This document shows, piece after piece, positions 9,736 to 22,361 of a DNA stretch of 64,000 nt (positions are counted from its first letter, which is position 1; each line of letters opens with the position of its first letter). The stretch is from contig CBDCWP010000010.1 of NCBI GenBank assembly GCA_965223505.1, positions 32,001 through 96,000 on the forward strand. Reading direction: 5' to 3'. Both the position numbers and the translations under genes were made by a program. Source of the stretch: Planctomycetota bacterium (GTDB taxonomy: Bacteria > Planctomycetota > PLA2 > JAEUHO01). Below the pieces are notes generated by a model. The model ran no database searches. It was given only the letters and a program-made list of their open reading frames with translations, and was not told where the DNA came from.

Positions 9736-12465
9736 ATGAAGCACCCCAACGACGTCATCGACCGCGACGTGCTCGTGAGCCACATGGACGGTGTGCGCCG
9801 GCTCGCGCGCAGCCTCGTTCGAGACGACACCACGGCCGACGACGTCGTGCAGGAGGCCATGGTCGCGGCACTCGAGACCCGACGACCGGTCAAGCACAGC
9901 GTGAAGGCGTGGCTGTCGGGCGTGGTGCGCAACGTCGTTCGCCGCGATCATCGAAGCGCATCGAGGCGGTCCGCGCGCGAGGAGGCCGCCGCGAAGCCCG
10001 AGGCAACGCCGTCGGTGGCGGAAGCCGTCGTGCAGGCCGCGGAGCAGAGCCGCATCCTCGACATGGTCGTCAACATGGCGGAGCCGTACCGCTCGGCGAT
10101 TCTGCTGCGCTTCGTGCAAGATCTGCCGCCGCGCGCCGTCGCCGAGCAGCTCGGCCTGCCGGTCGAAACGGTGCGCACGCAGGTCAAGCGCGGCCTCGCG
10201 CAGCTGCGCGGCGAGCTCGACCGCCGGCACGGCGGACGCGCGAGGTGGATGGGGGTGTTGTCGGTCGTCGCGTCCGGGCCGGCCCTCGGAAAGGTCGCGC
10301 CGAAGGTGGGATCGGCGAGCGGCGCGAAGATCGCGGTGTCGGCCGTGGTCGTCGCGGCGATCGGGTTCACCGCGTGGTGGTCCTGGACCCTGGCGTTTCC
10401 CGAAGAGGATCCCGTTCCGGACGAATTCGAGCTGGACGACGGCAGGTCGCTGGTCGCCGACACGCCGGAACAGCCGCCCGAGATCGTGCTGAAGCCGTTG
10501 ACGGCCGATACGCCGAAGGGCGACGAGGGTGTCGTCGTCGATACGGATCCGCCGCCGCAGTTGATCGTCGAGAGCGAGGTTGAGGCCGAGAAGAGCGAGG
10601 ATCGTCCCCAGCCGGAGGGCGCGACGCCGACGCCGCGGCTGCAGCCGACGAACACGTCGAAGCCCGATGTCGTCAAGCCCGAGCCGGACCGCTTGCGCGA
10701 TCGACCGCTCGGCTCGCTGCAGGCCGACACGACCGGCGGGCTCGTCGAGATTCCCGAAGGCAACGTCTGGATCGGCACGCCGCTTCGGTGGGTCGAAGGA
10801 CGTGCCGGGGCGCTTGGCGGACGCAACGTGCCGAGCGGCCTCTTCATGGAGACGCCGCGGCATCTCGCAGCCGTCGGCGCGTTCAGCATCGATCGCTACG
10901 AGGTGACCAACGCGCAGTACCACCGCTTCCTGATCGAGTCGTCGCGTGTCGAGTACGAGGTGCGCGAGCGCAATGAGACGCTCGATCGCGTCGCGGAAAA
11001 GCTCGTCCGGCGCGACGTGCCGGCGAACCTCGACTGGGACCACACGGTCTACCAGCTGTACCGAACGAACTTCGCGACGCTGCACGCGCAGGATCCCGGG
11101 TCGGTGCGGCTCGATCCCGAGACGAAGCTTCCGGACTTCGAGCGCACGTTCGAGGTGTTCCGCAAGCGGGCGCTTCGTCGCCGCACGATGTTGCTCTTCT
11201 ACGATCGCCCTCCGCCGGGGCACTGGCCGTCCGATCGCTACGAGGTGGGCTCCGCCAACCAACCCGTGCGCTTCGTCTCCCAGCGCGAGGCGGCGGCGTT
11301 CGCCAACTGGGCCGGCAAGCACCTGCCGACCGAGCTCGAATGGGAATATGCGTCACGCGGCGCGGACGGCTGGGCGTATCCATGGGGCGGTCGCGCGACC
11401 GGGTTCGCGACCCGGGTGAACGGTGGAGGCGCGCGCAACCCCGGCGAGGCGCCGTTCACCGTCGACGTCGACCAGCTCGAAGGCGGCGTGTCGATCTTCG
11501 GGATCTACAACACGCTCGGGAACGTGTCGGAGTGGACCAGCTCGGTGCTCACACGGTATCCCGAGTCCACGGCGGCGCACTGGAGAGAGGGACGGGTCGT
11601 CGTGGTTCGCGGCGGATCGGCGGCCGACCAGGACCGCCTCGTGGTGCGTCCCGCATTCCGCGGCTGGCGTGGCGACGAGCCGCTGCCGAACCGACGGCGC
11701 GAGTGGACCGGGTTCCGCTGTGCGCTCTACGCCGAACCGGCGCGCAGCCGTCTGCCGGACCTTCAGACGCTGCTCTCCGCGACGCGCACGTTGCCCGCCG
11801 ACGCGCTCGATCTCGACAGCTACGCCGGCGCCGAAGCGACGGCGCTCGTGCAACCGGGCGCGGCGGTGGAGAACGCGATCTTCGTCACCAACCAGGCGTA
11901 CGCGGTGCTCGGCGCGACGCTGCGATCCGTCGGTACGACGACGTCGAAGCCGACGCGCTTCAGTGTCACGAAGACGCACGCGCTGCGTGAGACCGATCAT
12001 CTGCTGGCCGAGAGCGAGAAACGGGTGCCCGTCGTCTTCGGCATGATCTACACGGACGTGCCGATCACGAGCGTGTTCGGAAGCGGCGGCAAGCCGTTCG
12101 ATCTGCCCAAGACGTCGATGCCGCGCCGCGTCGCGCCGCCCGGCGCCTACCTCGTCGGCTTGTATCTACAGCGCCTGGTCCTGATGCCGTTCGACGGCGA
12201 TCTCTTCTACATCTCCCGCAAGCCCGTGCCCAAGAGCGTCGTCAATGTCGTGAAGCGCTCGGCGCCCCGCCGGGGGGAGCCGAGCGGCGAGGTCGTGTTC
12301 CGCATGTTGGAGAGCGCCGATCTGCTCCGCTTCGAGATGACCCTTCCGCTGGGCGGCGGCGCGCCGGACGGGACCGTCGTCGTCGTTCGCTTCCAGCTCG
12401 GTACCGAACGTCGTGCATTGCGCGACGCGCAGCAGTTCGCCCGTTGGCAGTTCCATCCGAGGTAG
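9736..12465 (+). CDS. ECF sigma factor fused via a TM helix and acidic/Pro linker to an FGE-sulfatase domain plus C-terminal extension
   Basis: ADDVVQEA/AWLSGVVRN (sigma2) and VAEQLGLPVETVRTQVKRG (sigma4); TM AVVVAAIGFTAWW; EVTNAQY, LPTELEWEYA, GNVSEW, GFRCA. Confidence 0.85.
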   Translation: MKHPNDVIDRDVLVSHMDGVRRLARSLVRDDTTADDVVQEAMVAALETRRPVKHSVKAWLSGVVRNVVRRDHRSASRRSAREEAAAKPEATPSVAEAVVQAAEQSRILDMVVNMAEPYRSAILLRFVQDLPPRAVAEQLGLPVETVRTQVKRGLAQLRGELDRRHGGRARWMGVLSVVASGPALGKVAPKVGSASGAKIAVSAVVVAAIGFTAWWSWTLAFPEEDPVPDEFELDDGRSLVADTPEQPPEIVLKPLTADTPKGDEGVVVDTDPPPQLIVESEVEAEKSEDRPQPEGATPTPRLQPTNTSKPDVVKPEPDRLRDRPLGSLQADTTGGLVEIPEGNVWIGTPLRWVEGRAGALGGRNVPSGLFMETPRHLAAVGAFSIDRYEVTNAQYHRFLIESSRVEYEVRERNETLDRVAEKLVRRDVPANLDWDHTVYQLYRTNFATLHAQDPGSVRLDPETKLPDFERTFEVFRKRALRRRTMLLFYDRPPPGHWPSDRYEVGSANQPVRFVSQREAAAFANWAGKHLPTELEWEYASRGADGWAYPWGGRATGFATRVNGGGARNPGEAPFTVDVDQLEGGVSIFGIYNTLGNVSEWTSSVLTRYPESTAAHWREGRVVVVRGGSAADQDRLVVRPAFRGWRGDEPLPNRRREWTGFRCALYAEPARSRLPDLQTLLSATRTLPADALDLDSYAGAEATALVQPGAAVENAIFVTNQAYAVLGATLRSVGTTTSKPTRFSVTKTHALRETDHLLAESEKRVPVVFGMIYTDVPITSVFGSGGKPFDLPKTSMPRRVAPPGAYLVGLYLQRLVLMPFDGDLFYISRKPVPKSVVNVVKRSAPRRGEPSGEVVFRMLESADLLRFEMTLPLGGGAPDGTVVVVRFQLGTERRALRDAQQFARWQFHPR

Positions 12466-12468
12466 CCG

Positions 12469-14700
12469 GTGGACCGCAGGACGCTCTCCGTACTCCTCGC
12501 CGCGGTCGCGCTCGCCGCGCTCTGCATCTGGCTCTTGCTGGGTCGCGACGACGACGCCCCCGAGCCGCGCTACGCCGAACCGCTTCCCGACCCGGCGCCG
12601 GAACGCATGCTCGAAGGGGAGCCGGATGCGAAACCCGCGCCGGTTCACCCCATCGTCGAGCCCGAGCCGGTTGCGAAGAAGCCGGACGTCGAGCTCAGGG
12701 ATCCGCTGGATCCGAACGAGCCGCCGAAGGACCCGCCGGTCGTCGTCGCAGAGGACGACCCGAAGAAGAAGAAGGACACGGGTACGACCGGCGTCGTCTC
12801 GGGCTCCGGCCCACGCTCGCCACCGAACCGCGAACCCCTGGACGGCAACGGGGGCATGGTCTGGATCGAACCGGTTCACAGCATGCGCTTCGGCGCGCCG
12901 AAGGTGGACACGATCGGGCGCACGAATCGCATGGGAGAGCGCGGGCCGGTCAACTACCAGTCGGAGTGGCCGCAGCACACGAAGGATCTGCGCAAGTACG
13001 CGATCGATCTCTACGAGGTGACGAACGCGCAGTACCACCGCTACCTGACCGAAGCGGCCCAGATCACCTACATCACCGACCGCAACGAATGGGACTACGA
13101 CACCCAGACGCCGGTGCCGCCACTGGTCAAGATCGCGACGGTGATCGTGACGGAGCTGCTGCCGGACGGCAAGGAGTGGGTCGTGCCGAGGGGGCTGGAG
13201 TGGTACGAGGTCGCCCGGCAGCTCTACGAGACGAACAAGGACACGCTGCACCGGGTGTATCCGGCCCTGATGCAGTTCGACAACAAGACGGAGGCGTTCG
13301 ATCCGGAGGCGACCTGGGAGGCGTTCCTGAACAAGGAGCTTCGCAACGACATCGAGCTGCGGTTCTACGACCGCGCGCCACCGGGGTCGTGGCCCGAGAG
13401 CAAGTATGCGCCGGGCATGGGCGCCCATCCGGTTCGCGACATCACGTTCGAGGAGGCGCAGGCATTCGCGCACTGGGCCGGCAAGCACGTGCCCAACGAG
13501 TACGAGTGGGAGTACGCGGCACGCGGTCCCGCCGGACTCGAGTTTCCCTGGGGGCGCAAGTCGGTCGGCTTCGCCGACGTCGTCAACGGCGGAACGCCGC
13601 TCGAAGAGGGCGCCAAGCCGAAGACGCAGCACATCACGACCAACGTGGGCGGGATCTCGTGGGCCGGATGCTTCCACATGCTCGGTAACGTCTCCGAGTG
13701 GACCGGCTCGCGCTTCCGGCCGTATCCCGACTGGGTGCAGGAGTTCAACCTGACACGCGCGCCGTGGGCCGCGCTCGAGCACGTCGGACGCGCCATGGTG
13801 ATCCGCGGAGGCAGCGCCGCCGACGAGTACATGGAGCTCGTGTCCACGACGTCGCGCGGCTACCAGCGCGTTACCAAGGCGTTCGAGAAGTACATCAAAG
13901 ACACCTTCGGGGACGAGCGTCGTCTGGAGTACGAACCCCTGCCGAAGCGCCGGCTGCAGTGGTCGGGATTCCGCTGTGCCCTCTACGAGGAACCTGCGCG
14001 CAGCCGCTTGCCCGAGATCGAGTACCTGCTGACGCAGGCGAACCGCGTGCGGTACGGCGACTTCGACGAGGACGGCTACGCAGGAGCGGAGGTGAGCTTC
14101 GCGGGTGGCCCGGGGCACGCGCCGGAGGACGGGGTCTACGTGTTGCACGCGGCGCACACGTTCGTCTCCCTGCCGGCCAAGAAGCCCCGCTATCCGACCG
14201 GCGCGACGGGGGCCGTGCCCAAGATCGAGGACGACGAGTCGTTGCTCGAAGCCGGCGCGACGGACACGCCGCTCTTGCTGGGTCTGTTGCAGCTGGATCT
14301 GGAGGCCTACAACCTTCGCACGGTGCGCGACCTCGATCCGATGCAGCCGCCGTCGCGTTATCTGGAGGAGCCGCTGCCGGGCGACGTGTACGTGATCGCC
14401 GTGTTGTGGAAGCACCTGGCGTTGCTCTCGCCGGACCTGCGGACGGTCTACTATCTCTCCGCCAAGCCGATCACCGGCGGCAATCTCAAGTACCTCAAGC
14501 CCGTGAAGACGGCTGTGTTTCCGAAGTCGAACATCGAGGTGCGACCGCAGCAGAACGACGTGCGCGTGGAGCTGTTCGTGCCGCTCGACAAGGAAGAGGA
14601 GGACGGCCCGCAGGCGCAGATTCGCGTGCGGTTCCACCTCGAGATCGAGCGCAACCTGCTTCGTCGGATCGGCGAGTGGCAGCTGCACCGAAGCCGCTGA
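12469..14700 (+). CDS. Membrane-anchored FGE-sulfatase domain protein, paralog of the C-terminal part of the upstream ECF fusion
   Basis: N-terminal TM, Pro/Glu/Lys linker; shares IDxYEVTNAQYHR, FYDRxPPGxWP, WAGKH, RGGSAAD, GFRCALYxEPARSRLP with 9736-12465. Confidence 0.85.
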   Translation: MDRRTLSVLLAAVALAALCIWLLLGRDDDAPEPRYAEPLPDPAPERMLEGEPDAKPAPVHPIVEPEPVAKKPDVELRDPLDPNEPPKDPPVVVAEDDPKKKKDTGTTGVVSGSGPRSPPNREPLDGNGGMVWIEPVHSMRFGAPKVDTIGRTNRMGERGPVNYQSEWPQHTKDLRKYAIDLYEVTNAQYHRYLTEAAQITYITDRNEWDYDTQTPVPPLVKIATVIVTELLPDGKEWVVPRGLEWYEVARQLYETNKDTLHRVYPALMQFDNKTEAFDPEATWEAFLNKELRNDIELRFYDRAPPGSWPESKYAPGMGAHPVRDITFEEAQAFAHWAGKHVPNEYEWEYAARGPAGLEFPWGRKSVGFADVVNGGTPLEEGAKPKTQHITTNVGGISWAGCFHMLGNVSEWTGSRFRPYPDWVQEFNLTRAPWAALEHVGRAMVIRGGSAADEYMELVSTTSRGYQRVTKAFEKYIKDTFGDERRLEYEPLPKRRLQWSGFRCALYEEPARSRLPEIEYLLTQANRVRYGDFDEDGYAGAEVSFAGGPGHAPEDGVYVLHAAHTFVSLPAKKPRYPTGATGAVPKIEDDESLLEAGATDTPLLLGLLQLDLEAYNLRTVRDLDPMQPPSRYLEEPLPGDVYVIAVLWKHLALLSPDLRTVYYLSAKPITGGNLKYLKPVKTAVFPKSNIEVRPQQNDVRVELFVPLDKEEEDGPQAQIRVRFHLEIERNLLRRIGEWQLHRSR

Positions 14701-14728
14701 CCCCCGCGCGACGACGCACGCGGGGGTC
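14699..14728. terminator. Hairpin between convergent genes
   Basis: GACCCCCGCG ... CGCGGGGGTC, 10-bp perfect stem. Confidence 0.55.
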
Positions 14729-14746
14729 GAACCGCAGCCCCGGCTC

Positions 14747-15577
14747 CTAGGGCAGGTTGTCCGCGATGAAGCTGATCACGTCGGCGATGTCCGTGCGCGT
14801 GTAGAAGCCCGTCCCGGTGCACTTGGCGTCGCCCCACGACGTGACGCCGACGACGACCCACTCGCCCGTGTCGGGATCCTGCCGCATGAGCGGACCGCCG
14901 GAGTCGCCGAAGCAGGAGCCACCGTTCGTGCTGTGCAGGTTCTGCGCCATGTTGACGTGTCGCGGAAGCAGCTGCTTCACTTTGGAGTCCACGTAGCGCC
15001 GGCGGAACGGCACGTCGAGCGTGGGTGTCGGCGGCGCGGTCGGATCCAGGTGCGTGCCGTACCCCGCGGCGCGCAGCGTTCCCTTGAGCGCCCGTGCCTT
15101 CTTGAGCTCGGAGAGCAGACCTTGGTCCGGCAGCGGTGCGGGGTCGATTCCCACGACGGGCGTGACGAGGATGATCAGGCCGACGTCGGTCTGCTCCGAC
15201 GACATCTGGCTCTGCAACCTGAACTTGGGGTGCAAGACCATGCTCTCTACGGGAAGGTTCCCGAGTGTGCCCACGGGCGACGGCACGTTGACCGGTAGGA
15301 AGTTGACGCTCAGCTGATCGATACTCGTCACGCCCGCGTCGATGGCGTTCTGGAACCCCGCAACGCAGTGGCCCGCGGTCAATACGACGCGCGGATGAAT
15401 CAATGTACCGCTGCACAGCTGACCACCCTGTCCGATCCGCAGGACGACGACACACACGTTGTCGTGGATGTTGGTGTCGTCGAGGACGCCCTCGGTGATT
15501 GCGCCGGCCGGAACGGCGAACATGCCGATCAGGCACACCGCCAACATGATTCGAATCGAAGTCCTCGTCCGCAACAC
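14747..15577 (-). CDS. Secreted trypsin-like (S1) serine protease
   Basis: Signal peptide; LTAGHC, DVGLI, GDSGGP catalytic triad; AGGAGG upstream. Confidence 0.92.
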   Translation of the reverse strand: MLRTRTSIRIMLAVCLIGMFAVPAGAITEGVLDDTNIHDNVCVVVLRIGQGGQLCSGTLIHPRVVLTAGHCVAGFQNAIDAGVTSIDQLSVNFLPVNVPSPVGTLGNLPVESMVLHPKFRLQSQMSSEQTDVGLIILVTPVVGIDPAPLPDQGLLSELKKARALKGTLRAAGYGTHLDPTAPPTPTLDVPFRRRYVDSKVKQLLPRHVNMAQNLHSTNGGSCFGDSGGPLMRQDPDTGEWVVVGVTSWGDAKCTGTGFYTRTDIADVISFIADNLP

Positions 15578-15839
15578 ATCCTCCTATCTCGAACGCGGGA
15601 TCGCGTAGTTTGGTTTGGCCGTCCGGAGATACCGCTTCGCGGAACGAATCGAAAGGGGCAAAGTCAGCCGACAGGCGATGTGGACGCTTCTGCAGTGTCG
15701 ATGTCCATCGAGCGCAACATGGTGCACGTCGCGGGCCGGACACGTTTCGGGTGGTGTGAACTCGGGCTCGGTGTGTACGCTGCGGGTGATGTGAGTGAGG
15801 TGGCCTCTGGGGTTGGCGCGTCTCGGGTCACCCAGCGCA

Positions 15840-16055
15840 TCGGCCAGCTCCAGCATCACTTGATGACGCCACCGATTCCGCCGCGCAGACGCCTCGACAC
15901 GGTTCCGTCCGATCTCGAAGACGTGATCTTGCGTTGTCTGGCGAAGGCCCCCGACGATCGCCGCGACGATGCCCGCATGCTGGGGATGCGCTCGGCGCGT
16001 GCGAAGACGCCGATTCGTGGAGCCGCACAGGCGACGAATGTGGTGGAACGGGCAC
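15840..16055 (+). pseudogene. Degenerate C-terminal remnant of a Ser/Thr kinase
   Basis: [30 protein letters not shown], then frameshifted [14 protein letters not shown]; parallels the C-lobe and tail of the kinase at 7127-8203. Confidence 0.6.
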
Positions 16056-16208
16056 GGCGAGCTGCGCGCCTCGACCGCGCCGTCTCGTCGGCCCTTTGCC
16101 CCTGGCGGGCGGCGCGAGCGAGCCGGGCGCGTCTTCTCGGGGCGGGCCTCCGGACCGGCGCGGCGAACGAGTGGGGCGGACTCTGTGAGGCGCGCCGCGG
16201 CCGCCTGA

Positions 16209-18590
<2,382 letters not shown>

Positions 18591-18612
18591 CGATCCCGTC
18601 CTGAGGTGAGCG

Positions 18613-19167
18613 ATGCCTGACGCGAGCGCCGTCGCCGGCGTGTCCGACCACGCGGGTTGGGCCGTGGTGGTGTGCGTGGAGGCCGGTCGCGTGCTCGACG
18701 CACGCCGGATCGAGCTGCTCGAGCCCGGCCTGCCGAAGCTTCCGCACCATCACGAGGCGCAGACGCTTCCGATCGGTGAGGCGACGGCGCTCATCGAGCG
18801 GGTGCGCGCATCGGCGGTGTCGTGCGCGAGCACGGCGCTGGACGTGCTGCCTGCGGGTGTCGGCGCGATCGCGATTCGCAAGCGTCCCGCGCTGTCTTCG
18901 AGCCTCGAAGAGCGAATCGGCAACTACTGGGCACAGTGCCGGGCCGACTCGGTAATGTACCGCGACGTGCTTGCCGAGACGGCGCGGGCTCGAGGCTGGA
19001 CGGTGCACGAGTACGACGCGAAGGCGGTCACGGCGGAGGCGGCCGACGTGCTCGGACTCGACGACGTCGCGGCGCACTTGAAGGCGCTCGGCAAGGCGTT
19101 CGCGCCGCCCTGGAACAAGGACCACCGTCTCGCGACCTCCGCCGCCATCGTGGCCGCGGCGAGGTAG
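18613..19167 (+). CDS. Hypothetical protein
   Basis: GAGGTG RBS, protein-like composition, co-oriented with katG; no motif recognised. Confidence 0.7.
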   Translation: MPDASAVAGVSDHAGWAVVVCVEAGRVLDARRIELLEPGLPKLPHHHEAQTLPIGEATALIERVRASAVSCASTALDVLPAGVGAIAIRKRPALSSSLEERIGNYWAQCRADSVMYRDVLAETARARGWTVHEYDAKAVTAEAADVLGLDDVAAHLKALGKAFAPPWNKDHRLATSAAIVAAAR

Positions 19168-19199
19168 CAGGCGCGCCGGGCGCACGCTACGTTCTGCCC

Positions 19200-19673
19200 G
19201 TGCCGAACGACGCCGCCATTCGCGCGTTCTGGGAACGCTGCCGAGCGCAGCGGCCCGCGTGGCAACGGGCGGACTTCCCGGCGCCCGAGGCCTGGGGCTT
19301 CGGGGCCGATTCCGCCATGGCCGACCGGTTGGGTGCGCTCGTGATCGAAGGCGTCAAGACCGCGACGAGCAGCGCGCTCTGGGAGTACGAGCATGACGGA
19401 TCGCCGCTGCCACGTGCCGGTGATCTCGGCAACGTGATCGACGGGCAAGGCGAACCGCTCTGCTTGATCGAGACGACGGAGGTTCTGGTCCTGCCCTTCG
19501 ATCAGGTGCCGTCCGACTTCGCCTACGAAGAGGGAGAGGGGGATCGCACGCTCGCTACGTGGCGTGAGGCGCATTGGGACTTCTTCGCGGGCTTCCTCCC
19601 ACGCATCGGATTGAAGCCCGCGTCCGACATGCCGGTCGTGTGCGAGCGCTTCCACGTGCTGGCGCTCGCGTGA
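19200..19673 (+). CDS. ASCH domain protein
   Basis: GVKTATSS, FAYEEGEGD, WREAHWDFF, VCERF motifs. Confidence 0.9.
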   Translation: MPNDAAIRAFWERCRAQRPAWQRADFPAPEAWGFGADSAMADRLGALVIEGVKTATSSALWEYEHDGSPLPRAGDLGNVIDGQGEPLCLIETTEVLVLPFDQVPSDFAYEEGEGDRTLATWREAHWDFFAGFLPRIGLKPASDMPVVCERFHVLALA

Positions 19674-19704
19674 TCGGCAAGGCGAACGGCGTGCGCCAGG
19701 TGGC

Positions 19705-19917
19705 TCACGCCGACCTGGCGCCCCACGAACGGGCAAGCCCTGGCGCATCTCCATGTTCTGCATTCGAGCGCGCCGCGAGCCACGTCCGCAACAGGCGATC
19801 GATCTCCGTCTCGCTCGCGTGCGGGTGGCCGCGCCGCAGTTGTGCCCGCTTCATCGGCACGACGGCCTCGAACAGGTCGAGCGCTTGTCGAAGTCGAAGG
19901 GCATGCGTGCGGGGCAT
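19705..19917 (-). CDS. MenA1 (Rv0078B)-like antitoxin, orphan
   Basis: RLRQALDLFE..MKRAQLRRGHPHASETEIDRLLRTWL..RSNAEHGDAPG resembles M. tuberculosis MenA1 as recalled; no intact toxin downstream. Confidence 0.65.
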   Translation of the reverse strand: MPRTHALRLRQALDLFEAVVPMKRAQLRRGHPHASETEIDRLLRTWLAARSNAEHGDAPGLARSWGARSA

Positions 19918-19985
19918 GCTGTTGGAACCGCACGGGCGGGGGACATGCAGGCGCGACCTCCCTACAATCCCGCCCGGAGGCATGG

Positions 19986-22361
19986 ATGTCGGACATGGAT
20001 CTCAGGCAGGACAGCGCACTGCACCCCGAAGGCGGCGAGCCGAAGTACAGGATCGAAGCACCGATCGGGCAGGGGGGCATGGGCGACGTTTATCTCCTCG
20101 AGGACCGGGACCTCGGCAGGCAGGTGGCCCTGAAGGTCCTGAAAGCCGATCTCGCGGAGGAAGACGCAGCGCGCGCGCACTTCGTGGCGGAAGCCCAAGC
20201 GACGAGCCAGCTCGAGCATCCCGGCGTGCCGCCGGTGCACGACCTCGGTGTGACGGCCGATGGGCGCGTCTACTTCACGATGAAGCTGATCCGCGGCCGG
20301 ACGCTGCGGGAGATCCTGCACGATCTCGTGCTCCGGCGCCGCGAGGTTCAGCGCGAATACAACCTCCACCGACTCGTCAGCATCGTGGCTCGCATCGCGG
20401 AGACGCTCCACTTCGCCCACGAGCGGGGCGTGCTCCACCGTGACATCAAGCCCGAGAACATCATGCTCGGCGACTACGGCGAGATTCACCTGGTCGACTG
20501 GGGCCTGGCTCGCGTCGATCGCCTTCCGGACGGTGAGGACCTGGAGGATGCGGAGCAGGTCGCCACGGCGCGCAGTTCGGAAGGTCTCCAGACCGAGCAC
20601 GGATCACTGAAGGGCACCTTGGCCTACATGAGTCCCGAGCAGGCACGCGGCGCCGTCCATGACCTCGATCCACGTAGCGAGGTCTTTGCTCTGGGCCTTG
20701 TGCTCTACGAGATCCTCACGTTGAAACCCGCCTTCGACCCGACCGATGCGAACCTGCTGGCCGCCGTCGCCGGCGCCGAGGTCCCCGACGTCGCAGAGCG
20801 CAATCCCAAGCGCAAGATTCCCACGGGGCTCGTGTCCGTCGTCCGCCGCGCGCTGCAGCCCGATCCAGCAGATCGGTTCCGAGACGCGAGCGCCATGGGG
20901 GAGCGTCTGCGCGCGTGGCTCGACGGCACGAGCGATCGAGACCGACGCCACGAGGAGGCGGAGCGCCTTGCGCGGGAAGGGCGCGAAGCGATCGGCCACT
21001 TTCAAGGACTGGCCAACGAGGCGCGCGAGGCCGAGGTGCGGGTCGAGGAGGTCAAGGCGGGGCTTGCCCCGCACCAGCCGATCGAGGAGAAGACGGCGTT
21101 GATCGCGGCACGCGCATGCGTGAAGCAGAAGAAGCGCGAAGTGGCGCTTGCGTTCGCCGATGCCACCCACCTGCTCAACGCAGCGCTCGCCCAGGAACAG
21201 GAGAACCCGTCGGCGCGTTCCGCGCTGTCCGACTTGTGGAAGGACCGCCTCGAGGATGCGGAGCGCGAGGGCGATGCGGCCGACGCCGCGCACGCCTTGG
21301 CCATGATCGAGCGTTATGACGACGGCTGTCTGGCGGCGTTCGTCGCCGGGGACGGGAGCCTCAGCCTGACCTCTGAACCTCCGGGTGCCGAGGTGAGCGT
21401 TGGCCGGTTCGAGGAGCAGAAGGGCGTCTTGGCGGTCGGAGAGGAGCGTGGGTTGGGGCCTACGCCGATACGGCGGGTCGGTCTACCCATGGGCTCCTAC
21501 CTCTGCACCCTGAAGCATGAGAGCGGCGAGGTCGTGCGCTATCCCGTTCACATCACCCGCAACCACCACTGGGAGGGCAAGGTCCGACTGCGTACGCGGG
21601 CGGAGATCGGAGACGGGTTCGTCTACGTACCGGGCGGCCCGTACCTCTACGGGGAGGGACGCGACGCGCGTGTCGTCGAGGTGCCCGACTTCGCCATCCA
21701 GCGCTTTCCGGTCACGTTCTGTGAGTACGGCGCGTTTCTCCAGGCCATCGAGGCGGAAGAGGGACGGGAGGCCGCTCGACAACGCGTGCCGCGTATCGGG
21801 TCCTCCGATGGCGAGTACATGGTGCGCGCGGAGGACGGATCGTGGCGCCCGAGGCCGGATCTGATCGAGGGCGATGCCCTGAAAGCGGCTCTCGAGCGGT
21901 TCGGTCCGGGTTTCGAGAAGGACATTCCCGTCCTGGCCGTCTCGTTCCATGACGCCGAGGCCTATTGTGCCTGGAAGACGAATACGACGGGGCTCACGTG
22001 GCGGCTACCGACCGAGCTCGAGCGCGAGAAGGCGGCGCGCGGCGTGGATGGCCGCATGTTTCCGTGGGGCGACATCGAGGATGCGAGCCTCGGCAAGTGC
22101 AGGGAATCCAGGGCCGAGAGCACGCAGCCCGAGCCGGTCGGTGCGTTTCCGCGCTCCGCGTCCGTCTACGGCATGGGCGACGCCGCCGGCGGCGTCTGGG
22201 ACTGGACGACGTCCTGGCTCGACCACCGCGAGGTGCTGCGCGTGTTGCGCGGCGGCTCCTGGGTCAATCCACCAGCGGGCATGCGCTGCGCGGTTCGCAT
22301 CGGCACCCAGCCGTCGAACCGCATCGCGGACTACGGGTTTCGTTGCGCGAGGGACCTCTAG
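19986..22361 (+). CDS. Ser/Thr kinase + coiled coil + PEGA-like + FGE-sulfatase (CLec-fold) fusion; putative DGR target 1
   Basis: IGQGGMG, HRDIKPEN, DWGL, YMSPEQ; LTSEPPGAEV; WRLPTELEREKAARG, FPWG, RVLRGGSW...GFRCARDL-stop; TACAAT -10 and GGAGG RBS. Confidence 0.92.
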   Translation: MSDMDLRQDSALHPEGGEPKYRIEAPIGQGGMGDVYLLEDRDLGRQVALKVLKADLAEEDAARAHFVAEAQATSQLEHPGVPPVHDLGVTADGRVYFTMKLIRGRTLREILHDLVLRRREVQREYNLHRLVSIVARIAETLHFAHERGVLHRDIKPENIMLGDYGEIHLVDWGLARVDRLPDGEDLEDAEQVATARSSEGLQTEHGSLKGTLAYMSPEQARGAVHDLDPRSEVFALGLVLYEILTLKPAFDPTDANLLAAVAGAEVPDVAERNPKRKIPTGLVSVVRRALQPDPADRFRDASAMGERLRAWLDGTSDRDRRHEEAERLAREGREAIGHFQGLANEAREAEVRVEEVKAGLAPHQPIEEKTALIAARACVKQKKREVALAFADATHLLNAALAQEQENPSARSALSDLWKDRLEDAEREGDAADAAHALAMIERYDDGCLAAFVAGDGSLSLTSEPPGAEVSVGRFEEQKGVLAVGEERGLGPTPIRRVGLPMGSYLCTLKHESGEVVRYPVHITRNHHWEGKVRLRTRAEIGDGFVYVPGGPYLYGEGRDARVVEVPDFAIQRFPVTFCEYGAFLQAIEAEEGREAARQRVPRIGSSDGEYMVRAEDGSWRPRPDLIEGDALKAALERFGPGFEKDIPVLAVSFHDAEAYCAWKTNTTGLTWRLPTELEREKAARGVDGRMFPWGDIEDASLGKCRESRAESTQPEPVGAFPRSASVYGMGDAAGGVWDWTTSWLDHREVLRVLRGGSWVNPPAGMRCAVRIGTQPSNRIADYGFRCARDL
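22234..22352 (+). repeat. DGR variable-repeat-like region VR1
   Basis: Matches 27091-27209 except at positions explainable as template adenines; matches 27303-27352 except at 4 adenines. Confidence 0.8.

Noticed and set aside
8272..14700. Additional DGR targets among the three upstream FGE genes
   Set aside because: Their FGE domains are internal, followed by long C-terminal extensions, and do not match the TR-like fragment or the shared 3' tail.
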